From a virus, in IMG/VR virus record IMGVR_UViG_3300021197_001928, positions 31,830 through 95,829 of that record: DNA of 64,000 nt, one strand, 5' to 3'. Shown here one piece after another: positions 40,955-50,811 of this stretch. Within the stretch, counting starts at the first letter, position 1, and every line of letters starts with the position of its first letter. Under the pieces are notes generated by a model, which was not told the DNA's origin, searched no databases, and worked only from the letters and a program-made list of their open reading frames with translations. Both the position numbers and the translations under genes were made by a program.

Positions 40955-40983
40955 AATATAACCGATTATACTACTGCTGTCAA
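40955..40983 (-). promoter_or_regulatory. Sigma70-type promoter
   Basis: TTGACA-17 nt-TATATT. Confidence 0.7.
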
Positions 40984-40986
40984 GTA

Positions 40987-41658
40987 TTATTTTTTACATG
41001 CCCTTACTCTACAGGCACTTTTCTTTATCCAATAAAAACCAAAGGTGGCCTGACTAATAGTTTTACCAGTTATTAATGGAGGGATTTCTTCCATTCTGGG
41101 TGGCCATTGTTCAAAAATTTGTTTGGTTCCTGCGCCGAAAGCGCTTTGCTCCTTTATGGTTGTAAGTTTCCATTGAGGGTGCCACCTGATTGTCCCCCAT
41201 GCTGTTTGGCTTGAAGACGCTATTACAAGTCCACGTTCATCATAAAGGTAGACAGTAAAAGTAGAAAACTTAGCACCTACAGAAACAATTGTTCTTAAAG
41301 TCCAGTGAGCATTTTTAATTCCACACTGGACTGCATTGCGATAGTCGCATTTTTTAAAGGTTGGCATATATTGAATATTATTCCAATCGTAAACATTTAT
41401 CTCTCCCTGCCAAGTTTCTGCACCTGTGTGTCTATGCATTCTGTTTTCAAGTATAGATGTGTGTTGTGCCTCTTCCGCAATCATAACATTCAAAGGCATT
41501 GATGTCCCAATTTTTCCTTGGGGATCATGAACTTCTGTTATGTCGACATAAATTTGAATAACTTGATAGTCTCCTCTATCTCCTTCAATAACAATGCTTG
41601 CCGAGGGCTCTTCCGCATAAGCGAACGAGAATAGGGCAAAAAACAATATAAATAACAT
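40987..41658 (-). CDS. Secreted/periplasmic hypothetical protein
   Basis: Signal peptide MLFILFFALFSFAYA|EE. Confidence 0.7.
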   Translation of the reverse strand: MLFILFFALFSFAYAEEPSASIVIEGDRGDYQVIQIYVDITEVHDPQGKIGTSMPLNVMIAEEAQHTSILENRMHRHTGAETWQGEINVYDWNNIQYMPTFKKCDYRNAVQCGIKNAHWTLRTIVSVGAKFSTFTVYLYDERGLVIASSSQTAWGTIRWHPQWKLTTIKEQSAFGAGTKQIFEQWPPRMEEIPPLITGKTISQATFGFYWIKKSACRVRACKK

Positions 41659-41667
41659 GGGAATCTC

Positions 41668-42993
41668 CTACAATATCTTTGAGGCTAAAGTCGCTAATTT
41701 CGATCTTTCTCCTCGTTTAAACGTTATATGACCAGATAGATCATATGTTTTAAACCTTTCAACCGCAAAAGCTAGGCCATTGGAGGTTTCGTTTGTATAA
41801 ATGTTGTCAATCTGTTCTACGTCTCCGGTCAAAACAATTTTTGTATTGTCTCCGATCCTTGTAATGATGGTCTTAACTTCATGGGCTGTGAGATTCTGTG
41901 CTTCATCGATGATAACAAATGCATTGGAAATTGAACGTCCACGGATATAAGTCAGGGCCTCAACCTCTAATTTGCCTTTCTCCATAAACCCTTGCAACAT
42001 TGTTTTATCGTGACCAACAACCATCTGTAGATTGTCTTGGATAGGCTTTAACCATGGCAACATCTTTTCTTCCATCGTTCCGGGAAGGAATCCAATATCT
42101 TTTCCAAGTGGCTGGACTGGTCTTGAAATAATTATTTTTTTGTATACCTTTGGACCCATGCCTAAACATTGTTCCATCGCAGCAGCAATTGCCATAAGCG
42201 TTTTTCCTGACCCGGCTTTACCAATTAAGGTTACCAGAGGGATATCATTATCAAAAAGTAGGTCAAAAGCAAAGGATTGCTCTTTATTACGTGGTTTGAT
42301 TCCCCAGCTAATTTCAGGCCATTTTTGCAGGATTGGCTTTAAGGGCTTGTGAGATGCATTGAAACGACAAAGCGCAGTTTTTTTAGGGTTTGCGGACGAT
42401 TGAAGCATAAGAAACTGGTTTGGGTAGAGCCTCACTCCCTGTTCTTCGTCCAATATAATTTCTTCTCCGGCATAAAAGTGATCAATGATTTGATCATCAA
42501 CCAATATTTCCTCAAATCCATCGTATAATTTATCTGCGTCATCGACTGCCTGCAATGTTTCATAATCTTCTGATTCCATTCCTAGTGAATTTGCAATCAC
42601 TCGCATGTTGATATCACGTGAAACAACAATAGTTTTACGTTTTGGCCAATTTGATTGGACTTTTAACGCTGCTGACAGAATAATATGGTCTGGGATGGTT
42701 AAATCTAGGGAGTTTTTAGATACTCCTTCGAAGTCATGATCACATACTTTAATGACGCCTTTGCCCTGTTCTGGTCTTATTCCGTTGACAAGGGACCCCT
42801 TCTCTCGGAGTGTATCAAGATGTTTTATTATCTTTCTTGCGTGAAATCCAACGGAATCTTGACGTTTTTTGTGGTTGTCAACTTCCTCTAATACCTTTAA
42901 AGGTATGAACACATCATTATTTCCAAATGAAAATAATGCATCAGCATCCGATAGAAATACTGATGTATCAATTACATAATTTTTCTTTGCCAT
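41668..42993 (-). CDS. phoH: PIN-domain PhoH-family ATPase (PhoH2/YlaK type)
   Basis: PIN motifs VIDTSV...VLEEVD...SRDINMR; Walker A GKAGSGKT, IGFLPG, IRGRS, IDEAQN, GDVEQID. Confidence 0.93.
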   Translation of the reverse strand: MAKKNYVIDTSVFLSDADALFSFGNNDVFIPLKVLEEVDNHKKRQDSVGFHARKIIKHLDTLREKGSLVNGIRPEQGKGVIKVCDHDFEGVSKNSLDLTIPDHIILSAALKVQSNWPKRKTIVVSRDINMRVIANSLGMESEDYETLQAVDDADKLYDGFEEILVDDQIIDHFYAGEEIILDEEQGVRLYPNQFLMLQSSANPKKTALCRFNASHKPLKPILQKWPEISWGIKPRNKEQSFAFDLLFDNDIPLVTLIGKAGSGKTLMAIAAAMEQCLGMGPKVYKKIIISRPVQPLGKDIGFLPGTMEEKMLPWLKPIQDNLQMVVGHDKTMLQGFMEKGKLEVEALTYIRGRSISNAFVIIDEAQNLTAHEVKTIITRIGDNTKIVLTGDVEQIDNIYTNETSNGLAFAVERFKTYDLSGHITFKRGERSKLATLASKIL

Positions 42994-45900
42994 TATTTAC
43001 CTCTCATTAGTTTTTGAATTAGCGGCTTAAGGGTTCTTTCAATTTGCTCTTGTTGGGCTGTCTTTTTATTCATGGCCGTTTTAACCTTTTCATAAACAGC
43101 ATCAAACAAGGATGGTTTTTCTATTGATATTTTTTTCAATAATTTTTGTAGCTTTTCGTCTGGTGTTTTGAGCATCTTCATTGCTAATTTAACATGATTT
43201 TTATCATTAATTTCTCCGCCCTTTTCCCATGTTTTTTTCAGCTTTAATTGCCAGTTCTTTAAAGGTTGGGGTTTTTTACCCTTTATTTTTCGGTTTCTAT
43301 TTCTTCGAAGTTTTCGCTCTTCTTCCATAGGATTATCAGATAATGAATCCTCCCATGCTTTGGCTAATTGTAATATTTCATCTTCGACAAACTTATTCTT
43401 TGACAATTTTTTTAATGAGTCAATTGATGCTTGACCTAAGATAGGAGAGGGTTCATCATCTTCTATTTCAAAGTCATCATCTTCAACATTAATATCCTCA
43501 AGATCTTTTATTGCGGCCGCATCACCAGACATATCAAGATCAGACAGGTCCAGATCTGCAAACTCGTCATCACCTTCTAAATTAGAATCTATTGGTGGTG
43601 ATGGAAACTCTTCTTCTGGTTTGTGTTTTTTCCAAGCTCTTTCAAAAAGTTCCATATAATCTTGCATCACTGCGAAGCCTTGGTTAACAGCCTTGGGTTT
43701 TAATTTATCTGTTTGTTTTTTCTTTATTATTTCTATAAAAGACTCAACATACTTAAGTTTGTTTTGAAATTTCTCGAAATCAACACTGGACTTATCTTCT
43801 TGCAACATGCCAGCAGCAATATCAAGCCATTCCTCAGTTTGATTGAAGCGTCCATTTGTTTTTTGGTCAACGTTTCGATATAATCTATTTATACTTTTAT
43901 AAAATTTAATATTTTTATTGTCATCGAAGAATGTCTTCCACTTACCATCGGATTCAGGCGACTTTGGTTCTTCTGTTTCTTCATCATCCTTTTTTTCTTC
44001 TGGTTCTATTATAGCTTTATCCATTTTACCCATAAAATCTGGGACCGAATTTTCTATATTCAGGGGCTGAGGAAGTTTATACATAATAGACTGTTCACTT
44101 CTTCCGCCACGGCCAATTTGAATTTCTATTGCTATGTTTGGATATTTTGATTTTAGGATCATGTCGGTTATAATATTCGCCTTTTTCTCCACAAGATTAT
44201 CTTCAATTTGAGGAAATTCGTCTGGGTTTAGGAAGTGTTTTCCGTCTGAATACTTTTGTTTATATTCTCTTTCGAACACACTCTCAAGACCTTGAAACAC
44301 TTCTTTGAAATCTTCTTTTGTGGTTTCGGGTTTCTTTTCATCATTTTTCTTTTTGTCATCACCTTTTGGGTCATCTTTAATTTCGTCGCCATAATTGTCT
44401 TGGAAATCTCTAAGGAAACTTGAAATAAGATTTATACCCTTCTTCCCTTTAAACAAATCATTTGATTTAAGGTCTCCGGCCATCTCTTCCCAATTTGACT
44501 TCAATATTGCTTCAACTATATATTTCTTTATTGCTCTGCGGAGACGAGATTCTGTGACATCAAACACGCCTCTGCTGGGTTCTTTGTCTTCACTTTCTTC
44601 GTCGTCATATTTTTCAATAGCATTTAAGACTGCTGTTTTTTGATCTTTTGACATTTGCTTCCACGAATCAAACTCTGGGAGTTTAGAATACTTTTTCCTA
44701 AACTTGCTATCTTCAAAGGGGTCTTTTTCTGTGTCAAGTGTGAGACCACCGGATGAAGCTAATAAATCTTGCACAATTGGTTCTAAAACAGAATCTGGTT
44801 GGCCTGATGACCATGAAAAGACTTCTTCGTTACCTTCATCTTGAACAACGTCAATGACCTTTGTAGCAATAGCAGTTTTTAATTCTTCGTATCCATCATA
44901 ATTATCCATATCAAATGTTGGAGCATCTTTGATTTTTTCAATTGTTTGCTTTACCACATCTGCTTCTTCTTCTGGGATTTCTAGGGTGGGGTCCTTGAAG
45001 TTTAGATTCAACAACATTGCCAACTTAAGACCTTTTGTATTGAATTTATAATTTTTCTTTTCAATGAATACCTCGATTGCATTGAAAAGTTTCACTACTT
45101 TTACTTTATTATCTTTCATCCATTTCATCGCCCATTTGAAAAGTTCCTTGTCCTTTTTCATAATTAAAGTGAGCACAGCCCTGCGTTTATCGCCAGCGAG
45201 TGGTTCGCTGACGTTCATCATGGTTGAAATAGATTCTTTTTTGAGCGCTGGTATAAATTCGGCATCTGATGCCAACAAATAAGCTAAAAGCCTTAAAAGG
45301 TTGTTTTCATCTTGAGAACCTGATTTTATTCCTATGTCTTCTATTCTGGCGGAGATGGTTGTGTTTTTTAAAAGTTTCATTGTTATGAATTTAGATACAC
45401 TTATTGCTGTGTTGAATGGCGTTTTGGTCGCTTCCATACCCTTGGCATCAACTCTCTGGAGGAAATCAACAAAAGCATCAGCCTTTTTCTTGTCACCCAA
45501 GACTTTATTAATTAAGACTGCGTAGTTTGGATTTATTTCACGAATAACAACAATGGCAGCACCAAGTTTAGTTTTGATTTTATCTGCTATATTTTCTGTT
45601 ATTAGGCCCTCTTTCATAAAAAATGATATCAAATAGTAAAACGCTGTTTTTTGCGCCTCTGTTTCCAGAGACATTATGAACTCGTCAGTTGCATACTTTC
45701 TTTTAGCAGCTTCGGCGCCTTCCTTATAAAAATCGGTAGCTTCTTCCTCTTCGGCTTCCTCGTCCTCCTTATCATCTTCTCTTTCTGCATCCGGATCGGC
45801 AGAATCTTTTTCTGTCAGTCCGGGAATACCAAAGATTCTCTCAATATCTTTTGAAAACTCAATTATTCTGTCTTGAAAACTCAATATTGCAACTTTGCCT

Positions 45901-47663
45901 TGATCTCCTTCTAGAACATCCTTGAGAGTCTGAATGTCCGAAGAGTCTAGATCTAATTTTGCGATGGCTTCTTTGTACTGATCTGTAATGTCAGTTGCTT
46001 GAAGTTTACTTCCTTCGAATGGCACAATTGATGGAAAGAATTTTTTGATTGTAGACAATAACTCTAAGGCTTTCTTAACACCTCTTTCAATTTCATTAAA
46101 GCTCATCTTAACTGGTGGGGATTTGGAAAGGTTGTCAATAATTCGGCCAAGGCCTCCCTTTTCTATGTCTGTCCCAACAATGATTTCATATACATCTTCG
46201 ATTCTATCCAAAGTCTCACGATATTTTTGCATCTTTGCTTCAATATCAGGGCTAAGTTTCTCTTGTAATGAACCTCTTTCAACCGGTCCCATAATTTTAT
46301 TGATCGAATCATTTAACATCTTAATCTTTTCTTGAGTTGCGGTTGCAAATTTGACAACTTTCGCCCTTGAGGCATCACTGACGAGCTTTCCTCCCTTGGT
46401 GTCCTTCATTGCTTGGATCACAAGTTGTTCTGATAATTTAAGTGCTCGCTGAAATGCTCGTACAGAAGTCTTAAAATTTCTAATGTCGTTTGGCTTGGCA
46501 GCAATTTTATCGGCCCCTTCAGTTTCTTTGGCGGCAGGATCTTCTACTTCGTAGAGGTCATCTCTCTTAGCTGGTGTGTCCGTTGTAGGCTCTGCTGGTG
46601 ATTTTGTTGATCGATCACGGTCCGCTCGTCTTCCATATGCTTCGGCGGACTCTTCGTCTGAGAATGCTTTTAGGGCCTTCAAGAGAGCGGTTACTAATAC
46701 GGCTTGTTCTTGTAATTTTTTTTCTTTATAAAATTGATTTTTAAATTTGCCAAAAGAAATTCTAAGGGCTTTAAGTTTTTCTGGGTCTGGGTCGACTATT
46801 TCTTCGTCGTCTCCACCTTCTGTTTCTGCTGCCGGTTCTTCTGGTTTTGCGCTATCAGGTCCCGTCAATGCTTTTTTCAAAAACTCCATCACAGTGTCCT
46901 TTTTCAAAGCAGCAAAAAAGGATTTCTTGTCTTCTGTAGCCAAAGACCTCATATATTCCTCGAAAATTTCCTTAGTAAAGACACCAGCCTTGATGTATGG
47001 TGTGGCGCTTTCTTTTAATAATTTCTTTGTTGACAAAAATACTAAAAACTTTACAATTGCGTTTTGTTCAGCGGTGTCTGGTAGAATGTTCTTTATTTGC
47101 TCGCCATACTTATCGCTGATTTTTTTCACTGCTGGGTCTGTTTTTGCGGGCTCTTTTTCACCTTTGAGTTGCGCCAACGCTTTTTTGAGGTTTGGGTCTT
47201 CTTTGTTGTAAGCCATTAGATTTTGAATTAGTAGATTTTCAGTCTTAATTAAGTCAGCAAGCTGTTTACGGAAGTTGGCTTTAGCTTTTGGTTTGGCTTT
47301 GGACATCTTTTCTTCGTTTGAGAAAAGTTCAATCAGATCCATAAAGTTCTTAAAGTCACCTTTGAGAGGTTCTACTTTTTTCATTAATGAATCGTATGCC
47401 CCTTTGGCTATTGCTTCTCCCTGTTCGGGGTTATCTTTTCTAAGTTTAGCGTAGAAACCTTCTATGCCATCGCCATTCGAAAGATTTATCTTGCCTTGTT
47501 TTATCAACTGCATGAACACGGCCGTCGCTTTTTCAACAGAAGCTTTTATATCGCCTGCGGGTTGTTGCTGTTGGTTTTTGTTTTGCAACGGTAGGGGTTG
47601 CTGGATTTGTTTGTCTTCTGTTTCGTTAACAAAGCTCTGCCAGTTTTCTAATATAAGTTTCAT
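42993..47663 (-). CDS. Giant charged helical protein with MKLILENWQSFVNE leader; putative internal head (poly)protein
   Basis: 1556 aa, K/E/D-rich and Cys-poor. Shares a leader with 57434 and 60138, has many L/I-x-E sites, and has CTATTTA upstream. Confidence 0.6.
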   Translation of the reverse strand: MKLILENWQSFVNETEDKQIQQPLPLQNKNQQQQPAGDIKASVEKATAVFMQLIKQGKINLSNGDGIEGFYAKLRKDNPEQGEAIAKGAYDSLMKKVEPLKGDFKNFMDLIELFSNEEKMSKAKPKAKANFRKQLADLIKTENLLIQNLMAYNKEDPNLKKALAQLKGEKEPAKTDPAVKKISDKYGEQIKNILPDTAEQNAIVKFLVFLSTKKLLKESATPYIKAGVFTKEIFEEYMRSLATEDKKSFFAALKKDTVMEFLKKALTGPDSAKPEEPAAETEGGDDEEIVDPDPEKLKALRISFGKFKNQFYKEKKLQEQAVLVTALLKALKAFSDEESAEAYGRRADRDRSTKSPAEPTTDTPAKRDDLYEVEDPAAKETEGADKIAAKPNDIRNFKTSVRAFQRALKLSEQLVIQAMKDTKGGKLVSDASRAKVVKFATATQEKIKMLNDSINKIMGPVERGSLQEKLSPDIEAKMQKYRETLDRIEDVYEIIVGTDIEKGGLGRIIDNLSKSPPVKMSFNEIERGVKKALELLSTIKKFFPSIVPFEGSKLQATDITDQYKEAIAKLDLDSSDIQTLKDVLEGDQGKVAILSFQDRIIEFSKDIERIFGIPGLTEKDSADPDAEREDDKEDEEAEEEEATDFYKEGAEAAKRKYATDEFIMSLETEAQKTAFYYLISFFMKEGLITENIADKIKTKLGAAIVVIREINPNYAVLINKVLGDKKKADAFVDFLQRVDAKGMEATKTPFNTAISVSKFITMKLLKNTTISARIEDIGIKSGSQDENNLLRLLAYLLASDAEFIPALKKESISTMMNVSEPLAGDKRRAVLTLIMKKDKELFKWAMKWMKDNKVKVVKLFNAIEVFIEKKNYKFNTKGLKLAMLLNLNFKDPTLEIPEEEADVVKQTIEKIKDAPTFDMDNYDGYEELKTAIATKVIDVVQDEGNEEVFSWSSGQPDSVLEPIVQDLLASSGGLTLDTEKDPFEDSKFRKKYSKLPEFDSWKQMSKDQKTAVLNAIEKYDDEESEDKEPSRGVFDVTESRLRRAIKKYIVEAILKSNWEEMAGDLKSNDLFKGKKGINLISSFLRDFQDNYGDEIKDDPKGDDKKKNDEKKPETTKEDFKEVFQGLESVFEREYKQKYSDGKHFLNPDEFPQIEDNLVEKKANIITDMILKSKYPNIAIEIQIGRGGRSEQSIMYKLPQPLNIENSVPDFMGKMDKAIIEPEEKKDDEETEEPKSPESDGKWKTFFDDNKNIKFYKSINRLYRNVDQKTNGRFNQTEEWLDIAAGMLQEDKSSVDFEKFQNKLKYVESFIEIIKKKQTDKLKPKAVNQGFAVMQDYMELFERAWKKHKPEEEFPSPPIDSNLEGDDEFADLDLSDLDMSGDAAAIKDLEDINVEDDDFEIEDDEPSPILGQASIDSLKKLSKNKFVEDEILQLAKAWEDSLSDNPMEEERKLRRNRNRKIKGKKPQPLKNWQLKLKKTWEKGGEINDKNHVKLAMKMLKTPDEKLQKLLKKISIEKPSLFDAVYEKVKTAMNKKTAQQEQIERTLKPLIQKLMRGK

Positions 47664-47693
47664 TCTTTTTCCTCAAAGATATCTTTTACTACC

Positions 47694-47700
47694 TAAATAG
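47694..47700 (-). promoter_or_regulatory. Putative late promoter motif CTATTTA
   Basis: Immediately downstream of a terminator, 30 nt before ATG 47663. Confidence 0.6.
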
Positions 47701-47701
47701 C

Positions 47702-47727
47702 AAAAAAGGAGGGTTTTAGCCCTCCTT
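47702..47727 (-). terminator. Rho-independent terminator
   Basis: AAGGAGGG-CTAAAA-CCCTCCTT followed by a T run on the minus strand. Confidence 0.85.
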
Positions 47728-47731
47728 CATA

Positions 47732-47989
47732 TTAATTTAGTAATTCATCCGTTACTGTAACCCTGCTCAGTAAATACTGTAGTAGTGATTCTAGTTCTGG
47801 TTGTTGCGACACAACCCATCCCAGAGTGCATACGCTGGCTACCTCTTTCATGGATAAACCCAAATGTCCCGCTTTCCTTGCGCCCATTATTAAATCATTA
47901 ATAAGTGCTTTTAATTCCATATTGTCAGGATCATTTTCTATTTTTTGCAATAATGCTTCCATTGTTGTAAAATCAAAATTCTTGTCCAT
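47732..47989 (-). CDS. Hypothetical protein
   Basis: 85 aa, GGAGG RBS. Confidence 0.65.
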   Translation of the reverse strand: MDKNFDFTTMEALLQKIENDPDNMELKALINDLIMGARKAGHLGLSMKEVASVCTLGWVVSQQPELESLLQYLLSRVTVTDELLN

Positions 47990-48416
47990 CGTATACCCTC
48001 CTTCCGTATTTTGCTTTACTTACCAAGGTTGAAGACGACTGAATCTTTCCTCCTCCAATATTCCAAAGCATTTGAATTCCTAGTTCTTTACATGTTTTCA
48101 TTTCCGGAGTATTGGTATCATAACGATCACCTCCGTTTGCGAAATAGTCTGGTTTCATTCTTTCTAGAGCAGCGCATACCGTACCATCCGAATCGTTAAC
48201 ATTCATTACTACTGATACGCCTTTGATACTTCCTGCTATAAAGGCTCTTTCTTCAAAGGTCATAAATTTATATCCCTTTTTTCTTACTAACCAGTCGTCT
48301 GAATTTAATATTACAATGACTTGGCCGTATTCTGCCGCCTCCCTGATCATTTGAACATGACCTTTATGAATCGGATCAAATCCGCCGCTTACGGCGATTG
48401 TTGGTATTCTTCTCAT
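47973..48416 (-). CDS. Cytidylyltransferase (TagD/RibL-like HxGH nucleotidyltransferase)
   Basis: SGGFDPIHKGH, LNSD, ER, ANGGDR, KIQSSS. Confidence 0.9.
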   Translation of the reverse strand: MRRIPTIAVSGGFDPIHKGHVQMIREAAEYGQVIVILNSDDWLVRKKGYKFMTFEERAFIAGSIKGVSVVMNVNDSDGTVCAALERMKPDYFANGGDRYDTNTPEMKTCKELGIQMLWNIGGGKIQSSSTLVSKAKYGRRVYDGQEF

Positions 48417-48418
48417 TT

Positions 48419-48919
48419 TTACTCCTTTAAAAATACTATCCAGTCTTTATGTATTGAAATGTTTCTGTTTAGATCCAAGAGGCCAACTCGTGGGGAATGA
48501 GGTCTTCGTAGTAATGGCATACGTGCTTCTTTGGGTGTTCTATTTCTCTTTTTAGAATTACATGCACCGCAAGAGGTTACAATATTTTCCCATGACTTTC
48601 CGCCACCCATTGACTTAGGTAAAACATGATCCATAGTCAGATCATCAAATTTAAACTTCTCTCCACAATATTGGCATTGGTTATCATCTCTCCAAAAAAT
48701 GTTCTTTCTGTTGCAAGATAAACGAAATGGAAATTTCCTAATATAATTATTTAAAACAATAACCGAGGGTATCAGCACCCCATCAATATTATTTGAAGAG
48801 ACCGCTTTGGCCCTACCTGAATAGCACATATTAAATGCCTTGTATCCAGTTATTATATCTAGAGGTTGCCATGCCGCATCTAGTTTTAGAGAATATGTTG
48901 TTAGCCATTCTTGTTCCAC
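48419..48919 (-). CDS. HNH endonuclease (McrA-like)
   Basis: RDDNQCQYCG, TMDHVLPKSMGG, WENIVTSCGACNSKK; GTG start. Confidence 0.9.
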   Translation of the reverse strand: MEQEWLTTYSLKLDAAWQPLDIITGYKAFNMCYSGRAKAVSSNNIDGVLIPSVIVLNNYIRKFPFRLSCNRKNIFWRDDNQCQYCGEKFKFDDLTMDHVLPKSMGGGKSWENIVTSCGACNSKKRNRTPKEARMPLLRRPHSPRVGLLDLNRNISIHKDWIVFLKE

Positions 48920-48927
48920 ATAATAAA

Positions 48928-49251
48928 TTAGTTTTTAATAATCAATTTTGCCGCTGCGCCTTCAGTTGGTAGTTTTTCTTTTGCCAATTCCGGTAATGAA
49001 AAGTTATCAATAAATGATTTCATCTCGTTACAGGCTCTTTTATAGTCTGGTTCAAATTCTACTGAGGTTTTGCCGCCATGTCCATGAATTGCATGAACTT
49101 CGCCTATATTGTCGTATATTGTGACAGATGGGTGCTCAGATAACCAAGTTACTGCTACTTTTCCATTATCAAAAACAAATCCTTGAGCCACCCTTCCGGT
49201 ACCACTAATACCGCTCTCGTCTTCTTCTCTCTTTAAATAAAATATTTTCAT
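48928..49251 (-). CDS. Phage hypothetical protein
   Basis: REEDESGISGTGRVAQG...IHGHGGKT; 107 aa. Confidence 0.75.
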   Translation of the reverse strand: MKIFYLKREEDESGISGTGRVAQGFVFDNGKVAVTWLSEHPSVTIYDNIGEVHAIHGHGGKTSVEFEPDYKRACNEMKSFIDNFSLPELAKEKLPTEGAAAKLIIKN

Positions 49252-49253
49252 TT

Positions 49254-49418
49254 TTAACCCTCATTGATCTTCTTTAAATACTTTTGTTTTTCAAAAATGA
49301 TCTTTGGTCTCTCATTCAATATCCATTTTACCACTATTGTTTCGCCCAGAACATGAACAACGGTCCCTGTTCCATATTGCGGTTTCCACTTTCTTGATAC
49401 TAAATCGCCGGGCTTCAT
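49254..49418 (-). CDS. Small SH3/KOW-like protein
   Basis: MKPGDLV...YGTGTVV...VKW; AGGAG RBS before ATG 49418. Confidence 0.7.
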   Translation of the reverse strand: MKPGDLVSRKWKPQYGTGTVVHVLGETIVVKWILNERPKIIFEKQKYLKKINEG

Positions 49419-49505
49419 ATAACTCTCCTTTTTTAGAGATGGGGGAGAAATCATGAACACTAATATTAATATGGTTTAAAGTAAGCATTCACATGGCTCC
49501 CCTCA

Positions 49506-49880
49506 TCAAATCCAATCTAAATCTTTATTATCTTGTTTTTCTCTTTTTCTTCTTTCTAATTCTTTTTGCCTTTTTGCCTCTGCTTTAATATGTAGAAATT
49601 TTAAAACTTCAAAAACAGCATCTATCCAGCCTTCATCAGTTATTGGTATGCATTGGATCGTTGTTTTTTCCAATTCTACTGAAAGCAGTGGATCAAAAAA
49701 TATTGACTCTATTGTCACCTTTCTGTTGCTATAGTGTGCAGTCAATCCTGTTTCTTCGTTCACAAAAACATGTAAATCTTTAAGAAAAAGGTTGCATTCA
49801 AACATATTATAGCCATCCATATTGATACCATTTTTAATCAAACTAGCAATTGATTCGACTAATACTTTTCTACTAGTCAT
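49506..49880 (-). CDS. Hypothetical protein
   Basis: 124 aa, coupled to the PMM gene. Confidence 0.65.
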   Translation of the reverse strand: MTSRKVLVESIASLIKNGINMDGYNMFECNLFLKDLHVFVNEETGLTAHYSNRKVTIESIFFDPLLSVELEKTTIQCIPITDEGWIDAVFEVLKFLHIKAEAKRQKELERRKREKQDNKDLDWI

Positions 49881-50676
49881 TTTTAATCACCTTGGTAATT
49901 TCTTTAATTATCCCTGCTGTGTTTTCTGTATTTCTGGTCCAAAATGCTCTGCCTTCTTTATTTAAGAATTCATAAATCTCTTTGTCGTTCCCACCTTCTC
50001 CACATCGATCACCAACAAACCAACAGGTATAATCTTGAAAATGTTTGAGGGCGTATGTTTTATCCCATCCGTTTGGATAAATATCAAAGCTGGTTTCTCC
50101 TCCGAGAGCTACCATAACTTCTTTTGGGCATCTAAGATTAATCTTGTGTTTTATTTTATCCATTTCCCTTTGACGTAATGTCGGTGATATTGAATTATCA
50201 ATACCAACAAAAATCTTTCTTTGGTCGTTGTTTGCATTCCTACCAATAGGACACCAGTTAACAGTAGAGCCTCTATAGGATATAAAATGACCGGTTAATG
50301 GAAGTCGGTTGTCATAACACATCCCTTCTTGTTGAGCACATAAGATCATCATCAGTTGTCTGAAACAGGGAGTTCCTAAGTGCTTCTCCATATCCATTTC
50401 ATGGATCAGTTGGTATTCTTCACTGGAAGAAGAGGGAGGTAATAAATGTTTAGTACCATTGCATGGAAGCAAGTGAGTTTTATATCTTAGCTCTGAGAAT
50501 CTTATTAATAAATCCATTTGCTGGTTGACATAGTCTAAATCGCTACCAGTTAGAATTCCTATTTCAGCATAGCTAGAAAGATCTCTTAAAGGCTGTAATA
50601 GTCTTTTATCAAATTCTTCTCTAGGTTTAGTTAGTGTACCATCCATATCAAATAATACTATATGTTTCTTATTCAT
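49873..50676 (-). CDS. Eukaryotic-type (HAD-IIB) phosphomannomutase
   Basis: LFDMDGTLTKPR, TGSD, NWCPIGR, GG.TSFDIYP.GWDKTYAL, FVGDRCGEGGND.EIY. Confidence 0.88.
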   Translation of the reverse strand: MNKKHIVLFDMDGTLTKPREEFDKRLLQPLRDLSSYAEIGILTGSDLDYVNQQMDLLIRFSELRYKTHLLPCNGTKHLLPPSSSSEEYQLIHEMDMEKHLGTPCFRQLMMILCAQQEGMCYDNRLPLTGHFISYRGSTVNWCPIGRNANNDQRKIFVGIDNSISPTLRQREMDKIKHKINLRCPKEVMVALGGETSFDIYPNGWDKTYALKHFQDYTCWFVGDRCGEGGNDKEIYEFLNKEGRAFWTRNTENTAGIIKEITKVIKND

Positions 50677-50776
50677 TATATTCCTATTAAAATAGTAATT
50701 TATATATATTATTAAAACATTATACTAATATTCATATTATAGTAGTAATTTAAATAATAATAATTAATTATATATT

Positions 50777-50805
50777 AATATAACATATATAGGATTATTT
50801 GTCAA
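50777..50805 (-). promoter_or_regulatory. Sigma70-type promoter upstream of the PMM operon
   Basis: TTGACA-17 nt-TATATT followed by a ~100-nt very AT-rich leader. Confidence 0.7.
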
Positions 50806-50811
50806 GTAAAT

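Noticed and set aside
48419-48919. HNH gene as a homing endonuclease inside an intron
   Set aside because: It is free-standing between intact genes, with no split host gene or intron-like structure visible.
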